Below are positions 29,713 to 40,410 of a DNA stretch of 64,000 nucleotides, in pieces. How positions within the stretch are numbered: the first letter of the stretch is position 1; every line of letters begins with the position of its first letter. Below the pieces are notes generated by a model. That model did not search any database. It saw only the letters and a program-made list of their open reading frames with translations, and was not told the origin of the DNA. Made by a program: the position numbers and the translations under genes. The DNA is from a bacterium (lineage in GTDB: Bacteria; Bacteroidota; Ignavibacteria; UBA10030). The stretch is from positions 11,811 to 75,810 of the forward strand of contig JAZDJN010000111.1 of NCBI GenBank assembly GCA_043803945.1, in the 5' to 3' direction.

Positions 29713-30750
29713 TCTGCCTGGTTTTGAACTTTGTGCTGCCTGTCTCTGGATTTTTCTGTACGATCGGACCGCTCTTTGATGTTCATCGAGCGTCTTTGAG
29801 AAGCGATGCCCGCCCTGGCCATTTGCTACGAAATAGTAGTAGGAATGGTTCTCCGGATAGAGAACACCGAGAATTGAACTACGACCTGGATTCCCTATCG
29901 GACCCGGGGGCAATCCATAATTGAGATAGGTGTTATAAGCAGAATTGATTCTTAAGTCGTTGTAAGTTAACCGGTGTGAATTTTCTACAACGATATATTG
30001 GACTGTTGGATCAGCTTGAAGCTTCATACCTTTTCTTAATCTGTTGAGGTACACCCCGGCAACCCGAGCCCGCTCACCGCTAAGTGCAGTTTCAGCTTCA
30101 ACAATCGATGCCAATGTGAGAACGTCATTGAGCGATATCCTCATCCTTTCCTGTTGTTGCTGTAAGCTGTCGACATAGAATCGTTTAAACTCATCCACCA
30201 TCGTCTGGATTATATCCCGTTCATCAGTCTGCCAGAATAATTTGTATGTCTCTGGCATCAGGTACCCTTCCAGTGTGGAAGACTCCAGGCCCAACTCCTT
30301 GATGAACTCCTTTTCCCTGCACAACTCAAGAAACCGCTTCTGATCAATTCCAAGGTAATGTTCAAATCGTTTTGCAATTCTCTCCTTTCGCCAGCCCTCG
30401 GGAATAACTACGGTAATCTGAAGGCGTGATTCCCCCGTGGAAAGGCTTTTCAGGAGCGTACTATTTGAGAGGCCGGATTCGAACTGGTATTTCCCATAAT
30501 GGATGGACTTTGAGAGACCGAGAATTTTTCCTGCTCCAATGAAGGACCATCGACGCACGAGTACGCCGGCATTCGTCAATGAGTCAGCTACCGCGGAAAG
30601 TGCAGCACCTTTCGGGATGGTTACGATATTCTCGCTCGCGCGGATGGAAGTATTGGATTCCCAAAGAATAAGATAGAGGAGCAAAAGACAAATCAGTAAC
30701 GCGGAAAGAACAGTAATTCCTAATAATCGTATTTTCAATTTCGTAATCAT
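29710..30750 (-). CDS. mltG: Endolytic transglycosylase
   Basis: N-terminal TM, IPEG, LEGYLMPETY, LASIVEAE, LQADPT and YNTY..GLPPGPI. Confidence 0.94.
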   Translation of the reverse strand: MITKLKIRLLGITVLSALLICLLLLYLILWESNTSIRASENIVTIPKGAALSAVADSLTNAGVLVRRWSFIGAGKILGLSKSIHYGKYQFESGLSNSTLLKSLSTGESRLQITVVIPEGWRKERIAKRFEHYLGIDQKRFLELCREKEFIKELGLESSTLEGYLMPETYKLFWQTDERDIIQTMVDEFKRFYVDSLQQQQERMRISLNDVLTLASIVEAETALSGERARVAGVYLNRLRKGMKLQADPTVQYIVVENSHRLTYNDLRINSAYNTYLNYGLPPGPIGNPGRSSILGVLYPENHSYYYFVANGQGGHRFSKTLDEHQRAVRSYRKIQRQAAQSSKPGR

Positions 30751-30756
30751 CGAGTA

Positions 30757-31773
30757 TCAGATCACCAGCTCTAATCCTGGTTCGGCGGTTAACTCAAGGT
30801 TTGATGTTTTTCCAACCAGTAATTTCCGATAGCCTACCATTGCCACCATGGCACCGTTATCCGTACAATATTCAAATTTCGGAATGAAGAGATTAAGATG
30901 ATGTTCAGTTGCAGCCTGGTTCAGCATCCCACGCAACCCGGAGTTGGCCGCTACACCACCGGCTACGGCGATATCACGAACTTTGCATTGCTTTGCAGCC
31001 CAGATTGTTTTTGTTACCAAGACTTCGATGACAGCAGCCTGAAAACTTGCACAGACATCCTGTACGAATGGTCTGTTGTGCTCAAGTAAATCGGGCAAAT
31101 ACTTTTTTTTGCGCAGGAAGTAAAGAACGGAAGTTTTTAATCCACTGAAACTGAATTCGAAAGATCCATCCTGCAGATAAGGTCTCGGAAACTCGACCGC
31201 TTTTGGATTCCCAAGTTTGGCGTATGCATCAACCAGAGGCCCTCCGGGATACCCTAAACCCAACATTTTTGCCACCTTATCAAAAGCCTCCCCGGCAGCG
31301 TCATCCTTTGTCTTTCCAAGTATCGAATATTCAAATGGTTGTCGGACCAAGACCAGCTCAGTATGACCGCCGGAAATTGTAAGGTTGACGAAGGGAAACC
31401 TTGGACTGGGTTCATTAATGAGATTGGAAAAAATATGGGCCTCCATATGATTGACTCCGATGAATGGAATTCCCAGCCCAAGAGCCATAGCTTTTCCAAA
31501 ACTTAATCCGACGAGTATCGCACCTACCAGACCCGGACCATGCACCGCTGCAATTGCGTAAAGATCTTCTTTCTTCACCCCACCTTTTGCAAGAGCCTCA
31601 TCGACGATTGGCACAATCCGTTGCTGATGTGACCGGGATGCCAGTTCTGGGACCACACCGCCATATTGCGAATGGAAATATTGGGTCGCTGTGACATTAG
31701 ATAGAAGAATCCCATCCCGCACAACTGCAGCGGAGGTTTCGTCACACGACGTCTCAATTCCAAGAATTGTCAT
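30757..31773 (-). CDS. tsaD: tRNA N6-adenosine threonylcarbamoyltransferase
   Basis: GIETSCDET, GGVVPELASR, HMEAH, SGGHT and CTDNGAM. Confidence 0.96.
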   Translation of the reverse strand: MTILGIETSCDETSAAVVRDGILLSNVTATQYFHSQYGGVVPELASRSHQQRIVPIVDEALAKGGVKKEDLYAIAAVHGPGLVGAILVGLSFGKAMALGLGIPFIGVNHMEAHIFSNLINEPSPRFPFVNLTISGGHTELVLVRQPFEYSILGKTKDDAAGEAFDKVAKMLGLGYPGGPLVDAYAKLGNPKAVEFPRPYLQDGSFEFSFSGLKTSVLYFLRKKKYLPDLLEHNRPFVQDVCASFQAAVIEVLVTKTIWAAKQCKVRDIAVAGGVAANSGLRGMLNQAATEHHLNLFIPKFEYCTDNGAMVAMVGYRKLLVGKTSNLELTAEPGLELVI

Positions 31774-32095
31774 TGTTGCCGATCTAATTGTTCTCTCATA
31801 AGCTCATGATTATAATCGTTTCTTCTCACACCTCTACTCCAAGTTTTATGATATGAACATCGTTGCAGGATATTGTAACCAAAAAAATAGGATGGTGCAA
31901 GAACTGGGCGACTTGATTTTCGGTCTTTGAATGACTGCACTATACCGAAATACTATGAGGAAGATGAGCACCGACTGCTTCCACCGACTGATCTTAAAAC
32001 ACTTTTGACGAATCTTTTGAGCGGATCAATCATCAATTGACTTCCTAAAAGGAAACTGATACTTTTCGGTTGAAAGAAAATCCTTCACGGGAATT

Positions 32096-32749
32096 TTGAT
32101 GCAGAGAGAGCGCCGAATCGTTCAAATTATTATAGATGATCGCGAAGCGAATACGGAAGTCACCCGGGTGCTTCAGGAAATGGAAGGAGTGGAAGTCACC
32201 GTTCAGCGTCTTTCTTTGGGTGACTATCAAATAGATGGAAAGCTTCTTGTTGAACGGAAAACACTCTTTGATTTAGCCGCTTCTATCAAGGACGGTCGGT
32301 TGTTTGAACAGGCGTGCAAGCTTGCTTCAAACCCAATGCGCAGCGTCGTGATCCTTGAGGGAACTGCTGAAGACCTGACTCACAGCCGCATGAGCCGTGA
32401 AGCAATTCAGGGTGCTCTCATCACCATCACTATCATCCTCGGCATACCATTATTGAGGTCAAGAGATGCTCAGGAGAGTGCTCGCCTGCTCTTGTATGCA
32501 GCGAGACAGATGGGAACAATCCCCTTCCGTTCTTTTCAACGGAAAGGCAAACGCCCGAAAGGGAAACGTGCTCTCCAGTTGCGGCTGCTCCAGGATCTCC
32601 CCGGAATAGGTCCTGAGCGAGCCAATCGGCTTCTGGAAGCATTCGGAAGTATTGAAGCTGTCGTTACTATGCCCGCTGATCGATTAGCAGTGGTGAATGG
32701 TATTGGCTTCAAGACAGCCCGAAAGATTCGGTGGGCAGTGAGTCCGTAA
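32096..32749 (+). CDS. ERCC4/XPF-family nuclease with C-terminal HhH2 domain
   Basis: IDDRE, GDY, VERKT..D and GRLFEQ; PGIG and GIG HhH motifs. Confidence 0.88.
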   Translation: MMQRERRIVQIIIDDREANTEVTRVLQEMEGVEVTVQRLSLGDYQIDGKLLVERKTLFDLAASIKDGRLFEQACKLASNPMRSVVILEGTAEDLTHSRMSREAIQGALITITIILGIPLLRSRDAQESARLLLYAARQMGTIPFRSFQRKGKRPKGKRALQLRLLQDLPGIGPERANRLLEAFGSIEAVVTMPADRLAVVNGIGFKTARKIRWAVSP

Positions 32750-32814
32750 TGCGCGAAGTGCTATTCTTCTTTGTTAGATTCTTACTTCTGATTTCTGGAG
32801 AGGAAGTCATTATC

Positions 32815-32988
32815 TGGAGACCCGGTTGAAAAGTATAGGAAATAATTTAACCACTAAGGACACGAAGGAAGAGCTTTAAAAATGATAAAATTTCAAATCA
32901 ATGTATGTTCATTTTATACTTTGTGTTCTTTCCTGCCTGCCGGCAGGCAGGGTGTCCTTCGTGGTTGGACTTTTCGTCCAGGGTTCTA
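32815..32988. mobile_element. MITE-like element copy 2 (inverted) with nested 20-bp palindrome
   Basis: Same ends and inner arms as 29570-29712 in opposite orientation; CCTGCCTGCCGGCAGGCAGG at 32932-32951 interrupts one arm. Confidence 0.72.
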
Positions 32989-33004
32989 GAAGATGAGGGA
33001 ATAT

Positions 33005-34135
33005 TCATTTCCCGCATTTGGGACATATCCGGGGATGGCAAACCTGGCAAACAGCCTTTCCGCATCTACTACATCTAAAGCAATTCTGACACAAAATGTG
33101 CAGCCGATCGTCACAGAGAGAGAAACTGCTGAGCTCCTGCCCGCAATGCTCACAACTGATGTCTTCGAAATCTTTCTTGAGTGGATTCCAGACCAAGAAT
33201 AGTTCCCGCTTACACTGTCTCCGCTGAACCTCGTAAGCAACGACAATGACGTTCATATAGATTCTCATTGCATTCAGGAATTCAACATTGATCTTGATTT
33301 TGTAGCGTTCTTTTTGATCCAGCAGTTTTTTCTTCAACTCAAGCCGGGTTGCCTCGATGCGCTGCATCTCGGTTTGTTTTTCTTTTCCTGTCAATGCTCG
33401 ACGATTAATCTTCCTTTCTATTTCCGCAATGAGAGTACCGTAGTACTGACTCACCCTCTCGATGTCTCTTTGCAGCCGTCTATTGAGACTACGCTGAAAA
33501 TGCAGAAGTTCATGCTCGATGATGCGTCGAGCGCTCTTGGTAAGCGCTCGATAGATTTTGTCTATTGGCTTTCGCTCAACCGCAATGGTGGAGGGAAGGT
33601 ATTCAGAGTCTGACCACGCGAGCATCGTCGTTAGCTCATCGGCAATGGAACCGGAAAATTCATTCACAGCGCACCTGCTGATTCCCTCCTTGCGTTCGTC
33701 CGAAAGTGCACTATACTTGCAGTTACAGATCAGATAGGAGGTCATTTGTTCATGATATTCTATCATTCTTCCGATGCCATTAAGAACTGTGAAGTGACTC
33801 TGTACAGCGGCGCTAAGACCTGTTTGTTTGAGGTACAGACCTTTTATGAGTCTTTCGGTACAGAGACCTCGCTCCACCAAAAGTCTTGAGAGCGGTTGGA
33901 GAAATTCAGGATTATACATCACAAGGTTGGATACGCCTGCCCTAACTGTTTGTTCCTCAGATTGGCTATCTACAGGACTGCTCTCAAAGAGAAGAGTAAT
34001 CTCCTCGGCAACATTCAAGTGTGCAGCGACATCCGGTGGGAAGAGAACATGGATCGAACCATCATTCATTTCCTCTAAGAGAGCTCCGGTAATCTGAAGA
34101 ATCGTTTCAACTTTTTCTGCAATCGGATTATTCAA
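33005..34135 (-). CDS. YqhG-like hypothetical protein with coiled coil and Cys-rich C-terminus
   Basis: RI.QYY coiled-coil segment, WNP and several CxxC pairs; co-transcribed with the SNF2 helicase. Confidence 0.6.
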   Translation of the reverse strand: MNNPIAEKVETILQITGALLEEMNDGSIHVLFPPDVAAHLNVAEEITLLFESSPVDSQSEEQTVRAGVSNLVMYNPEFLQPLSRLLVERGLCTERLIKGLYLKQTGLSAAVQSHFTVLNGIGRMIEYHEQMTSYLICNCKYSALSDERKEGISRCAVNEFSGSIADELTTMLAWSDSEYLPSTIAVERKPIDKIYRALTKSARRIIEHELLHFQRSLNRRLQRDIERVSQYYGTLIAEIERKINRRALTGKEKQTEMQRIEATRLELKKKLLDQKERYKIKINVEFLNAMRIYMNVIVVAYEVQRRQCKRELFLVWNPLKKDFEDISCEHCGQELSSFSLCDDRLHILCQNCFRCSRCGKAVCQVCHPRICPKCGK

Positions 34136-34161
34136 CCTGGAATCCTTCTACTCTCATCGGT

Positions 34162-35895
34162 TCACACCTCCAGATCTTCCGAGAACAATGCTTCATCCAA
34201 TCGCTTTGTCTCTTGATATGCACTTTTCGCCTTGAGCAGGTCATCGGCAAACGAATCGAATTCGCCGCGCAAATCTGCTTCGGAGGTTGCCCGCAGCCAG
34301 ATATGCATAACGATGTCGTCAAAATCTTCCTCCATATTCAAATTGCCGAGTATGCTGTCGATCTCTCCGACAACGAGCTCAAACATATTGATCTTATCAT
34401 TCAGAATGTGAAGGATGTGCTCCTCGATGCTTCCTCTGATGCAAAAATTAAAGATAAAGACATCCTTCGTCTGTCCTATACGATGAATTCGTCCAATTCG
34501 CTGCTCGATGCGCATCGGATTCCACGGCAGGTCGAAGTTCACTATGGTCTGGCAGAACTGCAAGTTTCTTCCTTCACCTCCGGCCTCCGTGGAGAGAAGA
34601 ATATCAACATCATCCCGAAAACTTCGAATGGCATCATCCTTCTGTGAATTGTTCATCGAGCCTTTGAATTCCGCAAATCGGATGTTTGATTCTCGCAGGA
34701 TCGAACCGACATATTCGAGGGTCTTCACATATTGTACAAAGATGATCAGTTTCCCCGGTGCCTTCCTGATAAGATCGAGAAGTCTCTTTCCTTTTTCGGA
34801 TTCACGAACATGATGCACAAGCTCCATCAATCTCTCCAACTCAGGATATCGCATTCGCACACGGAGGGCGCTAATCGATTCTTCTGCCGCCTGCGGAGAA
34901 CTCCCGGCCTTCCGAAGCAGCGAATTGAGTGTTAGGCGGTCGAGCCCTCGTTCTTGATGAAAGTGATTTTTGATAAACGCTGTCGTTGCCTCATAGAACT
35001 CTCGTTCTGCTGAGGACGGATCCACGATGATTGTTGTGGCAAACCGCCTGGGAAGCTTGACATCAACAACACTCCGGATATTGCGTACCATCACCTCGCG
35101 AAGAAGATCTCTCAGCTTCTCGTGATTTCTCGGCATCTTAAGATTACCGGGCGCGACATATTCCCGCTTGAACTGTGCCTCTGTTTTCAAGACACCCGGC
35201 ATGAGCAACGTTAAAAGATTGTATAATTCCAACAGGTTATTTTGAACAGGTGTCGCAGTCAGGAGGAAGATGAATCGTTTTTTTAAATTATTGACGAGTT
35301 TCCAGTTCAGTGAAGTTCGATTCTTCAGGTGATGTGCTTCATCGACGATGACAAGATCCCATTCGGCTTTCGTGACATCGGCATAGTGCGTTTTGGATTT
35401 GGCGATATTAATCGATGCAACAATGATCCTATGTTTCTGCCAAAACCTCGCTGTCCGCGTCTCCCCCATCTCATCAGTCGTTGCACACTCAATGGAAAAT
35501 TTTGTGAGCAACTCTTCCTGCCATTGGGATACCAGCGAAGTGGGTGTCAGGATGAGTGCCCTATGGACGAGACCCCGCATGAGATATTCCTTCAGCAGAA
35601 TACCAGCCTCGATAGTCTTTCCCAGGCCAACCTCATCTGCCAGCAGCACTCTCCCCCCAAAGTATTTCAGCACTTTCCTTACAGTTTCGATCTGATACCA
35701 GTACTTCTGGATAGGAAGATGGTCGAGACAGACGAGTTCATCGAAACCACTGAGGAGTGAAAGGTGTGCAAGATTCAATCGCGCATTGTAGCAATCAAGG
35801 CTTTCGCTCCTTGATTGAACAATCTTCGCAAGTTTCTCTGGCCCACCAAACTGGAATTGGGTTTCAACGACGGCGTCGGATTCTGAGTTCTCCAT
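34162..35895 (-). CDS. SNF2-family helicase (YqhH/HepA-like)
   Basis: LADEVGLGKT, DEAH, TATP.QN, GGEGRNLQ and PWNP...EQRIGRIHRIGQ. Confidence 0.9.
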   Translation of the reverse strand: MENSESDAVVETQFQFGGPEKLAKIVQSRSESLDCYNARLNLAHLSLLSGFDELVCLDHLPIQKYWYQIETVRKVLKYFGGRVLLADEVGLGKTIEAGILLKEYLMRGLVHRALILTPTSLVSQWQEELLTKFSIECATTDEMGETRTARFWQKHRIIVASINIAKSKTHYADVTKAEWDLVIVDEAHHLKNRTSLNWKLVNNLKKRFIFLLTATPVQNNLLELYNLLTLLMPGVLKTEAQFKREYVAPGNLKMPRNHEKLRDLLREVMVRNIRSVVDVKLPRRFATTIIVDPSSAEREFYEATTAFIKNHFHQERGLDRLTLNSLLRKAGSSPQAAEESISALRVRMRYPELERLMELVHHVRESEKGKRLLDLIRKAPGKLIIFVQYVKTLEYVGSILRESNIRFAEFKGSMNNSQKDDAIRSFRDDVDILLSTEAGGEGRNLQFCQTIVNFDLPWNPMRIEQRIGRIHRIGQTKDVFIFNFCIRGSIEEHILHILNDKINMFELVVGEIDSILGNLNMEEDFDDIVMHIWLRATSEADLRGEFDSFADDLLKAKSAYQETKRLDEALFSEDLEV

Positions 35896-35951
35896 TGTGA
35901 AGAATAATAAGAGATTGTTGAAGATACAATACGAGGATCTAAAAACAAGCC

Positions 35952-35980
35952 TTGCCTCTCTCTCCTTTTCTTGCTATATT
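35952..35980 (+). promoter_or_regulatory. Putative rpmB promoter
   Basis: TTGCCT-17nt-TATATT. Confidence 0.6.
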
Positions 35981-36017
35981 GAACTTGCAAGTTGAAATAA
36001 ATATTTGGAGTTTTTCG

Positions 36018-36209
36018 ATGGCAAGAATTTGTGAAGTTTGTGGAAAAAAACCAATGGCTGGTAACCATGTGAGCCATGCGCATAACCGCGTTCCACGCCG
36101 TTTCCTCCCCAATTTACAGCGTGTACGTGCGAAAATGAACGGAACAGTCCGCCGCATCGATGTCTGCACAAGTTGCATTAAGTCGGGAAAAGTACAGAAA
36201 GCTGCCTGA
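36018..36209 (+). CDS. rpmB: 50S ribosomal protein L28 (Zn-binding form)
   Basis: [24 protein letters not shown] and CTSC; ATG 36018 with GGAG. Confidence 0.96.
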   Translation: MARICEVCGKKPMAGNHVSHAHNRVPRRFLPNLQRVRAKMNGTVRRIDVCTSCIKSGKVQKAA

Positions 36210-36239
36210 AGCGGGCAACGAGCCGTAAGAAGGATTTTC

Positions 36240-36272
36240 AAAAAAATCCCGCACAGCGTGTCGGGATTTTTT
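36240..36272 (+). terminator. Intrinsic terminator after rpmB
   Basis: AAAAAAATCCCGCAC-AGC-GTGTCGGGATTTTTT. Confidence 0.75.
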
Positions 36273-36331
36273 ATTCCTAATCATTCATTCATCATCTTTG
36301 CGGTGTTCTCGAACTTGGGGAAACATACTCG

Positions 36332-36964
36332 ATGAAGGTCGCTTTTACACCACCGAACCAACTTACGTATCTTCGTATCCTGCTCAGCCCGGTGTTTATG
36401 CTTCTCATCTTCTCCTCCAACATCGTGCTAAAGCAACTCTCGGTCGTTGTATTTATCATTGCTCTCATGACAGATTGGTACGATGGTTGGGTTGCCCGGA
36501 AGTGGGGCTATATCTCTCGATGGGGTACATTCATCGATCCTCTTGCCGATAAATTTCTCACATCGGCAGCATTCATTTCCTTTGTCCTGCTCGATCTTGT
36601 TCCCTCATGGTCTGTCTGGATCATTGTTATTCGAGACATCACCATCACCTTTCTTCGCTCCTACGCTGAATATAAAGATAAACCATTCCAGACAAGGACG
36701 CTGGCAAAAACCAAAACAGCCCTGCAATTCCTTGTCTTGTTCTATATCCTCCTTCTTTATGTCGCACGCCATATGGGACAATTCAGCGGGCAACAGGCAC
36801 TGATCGATTCCTTCCTCGATTATCGAGTTCTGACGATCATCATGGCAATTATAACAGCCATCACCCTCTGGAGCGGTATTGCTTATATCATTGAAAATTG
36901 GAAGACAGTCCGTGGACTCTTCTATTTCACCCAACGAAATCCAGAATCAGAACAGCATGTCTGA
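36332..36964 (+). CDS. pgsA: CDP-diacylglycerol--glycerol-3-phosphate 3-phosphatidyltransferase
   Basis: PNQLTYLR and D..DG..AR.......G...DP.ADK motif. Confidence 0.9.
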   Translation: MKVAFTPPNQLTYLRILLSPVFMLLIFSSNIVLKQLSVVVFIIALMTDWYDGWVARKWGYISRWGTFIDPLADKFLTSAAFISFVLLDLVPSWSVWIIVIRDITITFLRSYAEYKDKPFQTRTLAKTKTALQFLVLFYILLLYVARHMGQFSGQQALIDSFLDYRVLTIIMAIITAITLWSGIAYIIENWKTVRGLFYFTQRNPESEQHV

Positions 36965-37445
36965 AGAACGGGAAGAATCGAAGCAGAGAGAGCTTTCCTT
37001 TCTTCTCAAACTGTTCGCATCGGGCTTGTATTCCGGTTATTCTCCAATCGCGAGCGGAACTGTCGGTGCGGCTGTTGGCCTGGCAGTCTATCTCATCCCC
37101 GGATTTGAACAACCACTCGCTATTCTTCCCATCGCAGTGATCACATTCCTCCTGGGTATCAAGTATTCTGGGAGAATGGAAGAAGTATATGGCGAAGATC
37201 CCGCTCAAGTTACAATCGACGAGGTTGTTGGAATGTGGATTTCGCTGATCCTCTTGCCGAAAAGCCTTCCGATAATTGTGCTGGCGTTTTTTCTTTTTCG
37301 AATTCTCGACATCCTGAAGCCATCGCCGGCACGATACTTCGATCGGCGAAAAGGCGGCTTTGGCATAATGATGGATGATGTAATTTCAGGAATCTATACG
37401 AATGTCGTCTTGCAAGTACTTGTCGCACTCAACATTCTATCATAA
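36957..37445 (+). CDS. pgpA: Phosphatidylglycerophosphatase A
   Basis: ASGTVG, IDEVVG, FRILDILKP and GIMMDD. Confidence 0.92.
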   Translation: MSEEREESKQRELSFLLKLFASGLYSGYSPIASGTVGAAVGLAVYLIPGFEQPLAILPIAVITFLLGIKYSGRMEEVYGEDPAQVTIDEVVGMWISLILLPKSLPIIVLAFFLFRILDILKPSPARYFDRRKGGFGIMMDDVISGIYTNVVLQVLVALNILS

Positions 37446-37474
37446 GAAACGAAGAACTACCCTTAGTATACTGT

Positions 37475-38728
37475 ATGAATGCTGAAATTATTTCGATCGG
37501 CGATGAGTTGTTAATCGGCCAAATCATTAACACGAATCAGGCGTACATTGCCCAACAATTGAATTCGGTCGGAATTTCCATCAGCCGAATGACGACTGTC
37601 GGCGACCGTGCGGAGGAGATTCTGCAAACATTCGCTAATGCACTTGCAAAAAACGAAATCGTTATTGTAACCGGCGGACTTGGGCCCACCCATGACGACA
37701 TTACGCGCTCAGTGGTCTGTGATTTTTTTCATACCGGCCTTATCGTGAACGAACCAGCACTCGAACGAATCACCAGAATCTTCAAAAACCGCGGCATCCC
37801 CATGATCAAACGAAATGAGGATCAGGCGCTCGTCCCGCGGAATTGTACCGTCATTCAAAATCCAATAGGGACAGCACCCGGCTATCTTTTTGAACGCGAA
37901 GGGAAATTCTTTTTCGTGATGCCTGGAGTTCCATTTGAAATGAAGGCGATGATGGAGCAGACGGTGGTCCCTTTTCTCAGAAAGAAACAGACGAATTTTA
38001 TCATACGCCATCGGACGCTCAAAACCACAGGGATCGGTGAATCCATTCTCGCTGAAACGATTGGTGATATTGAAGCACTTCTGTCTCCCTACTCTGGATT
38101 AACGCTGGCTTTTCTGCCAAGTCCGTTTGGAGTTCGTGTCCGAATTTCTGCCGAGGGGGATACACAGGAATCAGTCGATCGTTCGATCCAGCACGTGGAG
38201 AGTCAGATTCGCGCTAAGGCCGGAAAATACATTTTCGGTACGGATGAAGAAGATTTAGAGCAGGTGATCGGAACATTGCTCATTGAAAAAGGCTTTTCAC
38301 TGGCGATAGCAGAGTCGTGTACCGGCGGCTTAATCGCCGATCGGTTAACGAACGTTCCCGGCAGCTCGAACTATTTTGAGCGGGGATTCATCACCTACAG
38401 CAATACCTCAAAAGAAACTGAACTCAACATCCCTCACGAACTTCTCAAGCGGCATGGTGCTGTGAGTCGGGAGGTCGCCGAGGCGATGGCAGAAAATGTC
38501 CGAATCATCGCAAAGACAGATATCGGCCTCTCCACCACAGGGATTGCCGGACCTGGCGGAGGTTCACCGGAAAAACCGATTGGCCTTGTCTGGATAGGGT
38601 ACTCCGACAAGAACGGGACACTATCACTTCGATTTAATTTTGGTGAAGATCGGCGCCGGGTCAAAGAACGGGCATCGCAAGCAGCACTTGAATTGCTGCG
38701 AAGGAAAATTCTCAACAACGAGGTTTAG
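37475..38728 (+). CDS. cinA: Competence/damage-inducible protein A (MoCF-binding plus NMN deamidase)
   Basis: IGDELL.G, GGLGPTHDD, AESCTGG and STTGIAGP. Confidence 0.94.
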   Translation: MNAEIISIGDELLIGQIINTNQAYIAQQLNSVGISISRMTTVGDRAEEILQTFANALAKNEIVIVTGGLGPTHDDITRSVVCDFFHTGLIVNEPALERITRIFKNRGIPMIKRNEDQALVPRNCTVIQNPIGTAPGYLFEREGKFFFVMPGVPFEMKAMMEQTVVPFLRKKQTNFIIRHRTLKTTGIGESILAETIGDIEALLSPYSGLTLAFLPSPFGVRVRISAEGDTQESVDRSIQHVESQIRAKAGKYIFGTDEEDLEQVIGTLLIEKGFSLAIAESCTGGLIADRLTNVPGSSNYFERGFITYSNTSKETELNIPHELLKRHGAVSREVAEAMAENVRIIAKTDIGLSTTGIAGPGGGSPEKPIGLVWIGYSDKNGTLSLRFNFGEDRRRVKERASQAALELLRRKILNNEV

Positions 38729-38746
38729 CCCTCTACAGGATTCGCT

Positions 38747-39310
38747 ATGCCCATCATCCGAGCATTTATTGCACTCCAAACAGCACATGATGTACAAGAA
38801 CAGATGGGGTATATCCAGGATGAGTTAAAAGCAACGAACAGCGAAGTAAAGTGGGAAGTTCCAGCGAAGTTTCATTGTACATTAAAATTCCTTGGAGACT
38901 CCGATACTACAATTCTTGAAAAGATCAGACAACAGCTTCAATCAGCGGTGCAGGAGATTACTCCCTTTGATCTTACCTATGATGCTCTTGGTGGATTCCC
39001 TAACATTGCGCACCCCCGGGTCATTTGGATTGGCGCCCAACAGTCAGAACCACTAACGAAATTGTATCAGCATGTGGAATCAATCTGTCAGAACTTCGGT
39101 TATGCGAGAGAGGAGAGGAAATTCCATACTCACATCACATTCGGCCGCGTGAAGGGCCCACGCAATATGGCTCGCTTGACTGAAAAACTAAAAAGCATTA
39201 CTTTGAAACCGCTTATAAATCACTGTTCCGCAGTTGTCATTATGCGGAGCGAACTTCATCCATCCGGATCAGTCTACACCACAGTGAATTCAATTCCATT
39301 TCACCAGTAA
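38747..39310 (+). CDS. thpR: RNA 2',3'-cyclic phosphodiesterase (2H family)
   Basis: RAFIA and two HxT motifs (HCTL, HITF). Confidence 0.9.
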   Translation: MPIIRAFIALQTAHDVQEQMGYIQDELKATNSEVKWEVPAKFHCTLKFLGDSDTTILEKIRQQLQSAVQEITPFDLTYDALGGFPNIAHPRVIWIGAQQSEPLTKLYQHVESICQNFGYAREERKFHTHITFGRVKGPRNMARLTEKLKSITLKPLINHCSAVVIMRSELHPSGSVYTTVNSIPFHQ

Positions 39311-39321
39311 GGGAGTGCGCT

Positions 39322-40398
39322 ATGTCTGAACAAAATTCCAAAGAAGCCCGTCTCCAAGCGTTAAAAATTGCCATAGACCAGATCGAGAAACAGCATGGTA
39401 AGGGAGCAATCATGAAAATGACGGAAGGGCCGGTTGCAAAAGTTGATTCGATTTCAACCGGATCAATTTCTCTTGACGCCGCGCTCGGTATTGGCGGTAT
39501 CCCACGAGGCCGTGTGGTCGAAATTTTCGGTCCGGAATCCTCCGGAAAGACCACCATCTGCCTTCATCTCATTGCAGAAGCGCAAAAGCAGGGTGGCGTT
39601 GCGGCATTTATCGACACTGAACATGCCCTGGATATCGCCTATGCAAAAAAACTCGGTGTCGAAACAAACAATCTCCTCCTTTCACAACCAGAATATGGCG
39701 AGCAGGCCTTGGAGATTGTTGAGACGCTTGTCCGGAGCGGTGCATTAGACATTGTCGTCATTGATTCTGTCGCTGCATTAACGCCGCGGGCTGAGATAGA
39801 GGGCGAGATGGGTGATCCCACGATGGGCGTTCAGGCTCGATTGATGTCGCAGGCTCTGCGAAAATTAACAGCGGCGATCAGCAAATCAAAAACCACGGTG
39901 ATGTTCACGAACCAACTCCGCCAGAAGATCGGTGTTATGTTCGGGAATCCCGAAACGACAACCGGAGGAAATGCGTTGAAGTTTTATGCCTCAGTGCGGC
40001 TTGATGTAAGAAGAATTGAAGCGATCAAAGATGGGCAAAACGTCATCGGTAATCGGACGCGGGTAAAGGTTGTGAAAAACAAGGTGGCTCCTCCCTTCCG
40101 TGAAGCGATCTTCGATATTCTTTACAATGAGGGCATTTCGAAGTTAGGCGATTTAATTGATACTGCCGTCGATCAGAATATCATCGCCAAGAGCGGTTCA
40201 TGGTTCTCCTACAAGGAAGACCGGATCGGACAAGGGCGCGAAGCAGTGAAAATATTCCTTCAGAATAATCCAAAATTTATTGCTGAAATCGATCTGGAAC
40301 TTCGCCGGAAGTTAGGGCTTCTCCCTGCTGAAGCAGCTCCGCCAACACAAACGAAACCTGAGGCTCCTGCACCTTCGAAAAAGGGGCAGAAGTCATAA
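39322..40398 (+). CDS. recA: Recombinase RecA
   Basis: [26 protein letters not shown] and [10 protein letters not shown]. Confidence 0.98.
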   Translation: MSEQNSKEARLQALKIAIDQIEKQHGKGAIMKMTEGPVAKVDSISTGSISLDAALGIGGIPRGRVVEIFGPESSGKTTICLHLIAEAQKQGGVAAFIDTEHALDIAYAKKLGVETNNLLLSQPEYGEQALEIVETLVRSGALDIVVIDSVAALTPRAEIEGEMGDPTMGVQARLMSQALRKLTAAISKSKTTVMFTNQLRQKIGVMFGNPETTTGGNALKFYASVRLDVRRIEAIKDGQNVIGNRTRVKVVKNKVAPPFREAIFDILYNEGISKLGDLIDTAVDQNIIAKSGSWFSYKEDRIGQGREAVKIFLQNNPKFIAEIDLELRRKLGLLPAEAAPPTQTKPEAPAPSKKGQKS

Positions 40399-40410
40399 GC
40401 GAGAAGAGAC

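Noticed and set aside
31853-32040. Short broken reading frames upstream of the ERCC4 gene
   Set aside because: Too short and without recognisable motifs to call a pseudogene.
35939-36241. 100-aa minus-strand ORF
   Set aside because: Antisense shadow of rpmB.
39176-39204. Internal recA promoter (TTGACT-17-TACTTT) within thpR
   Set aside because: Plausible, but it lies in coding sequence with a weak -10 and no recognisable SOS box; not enough support.
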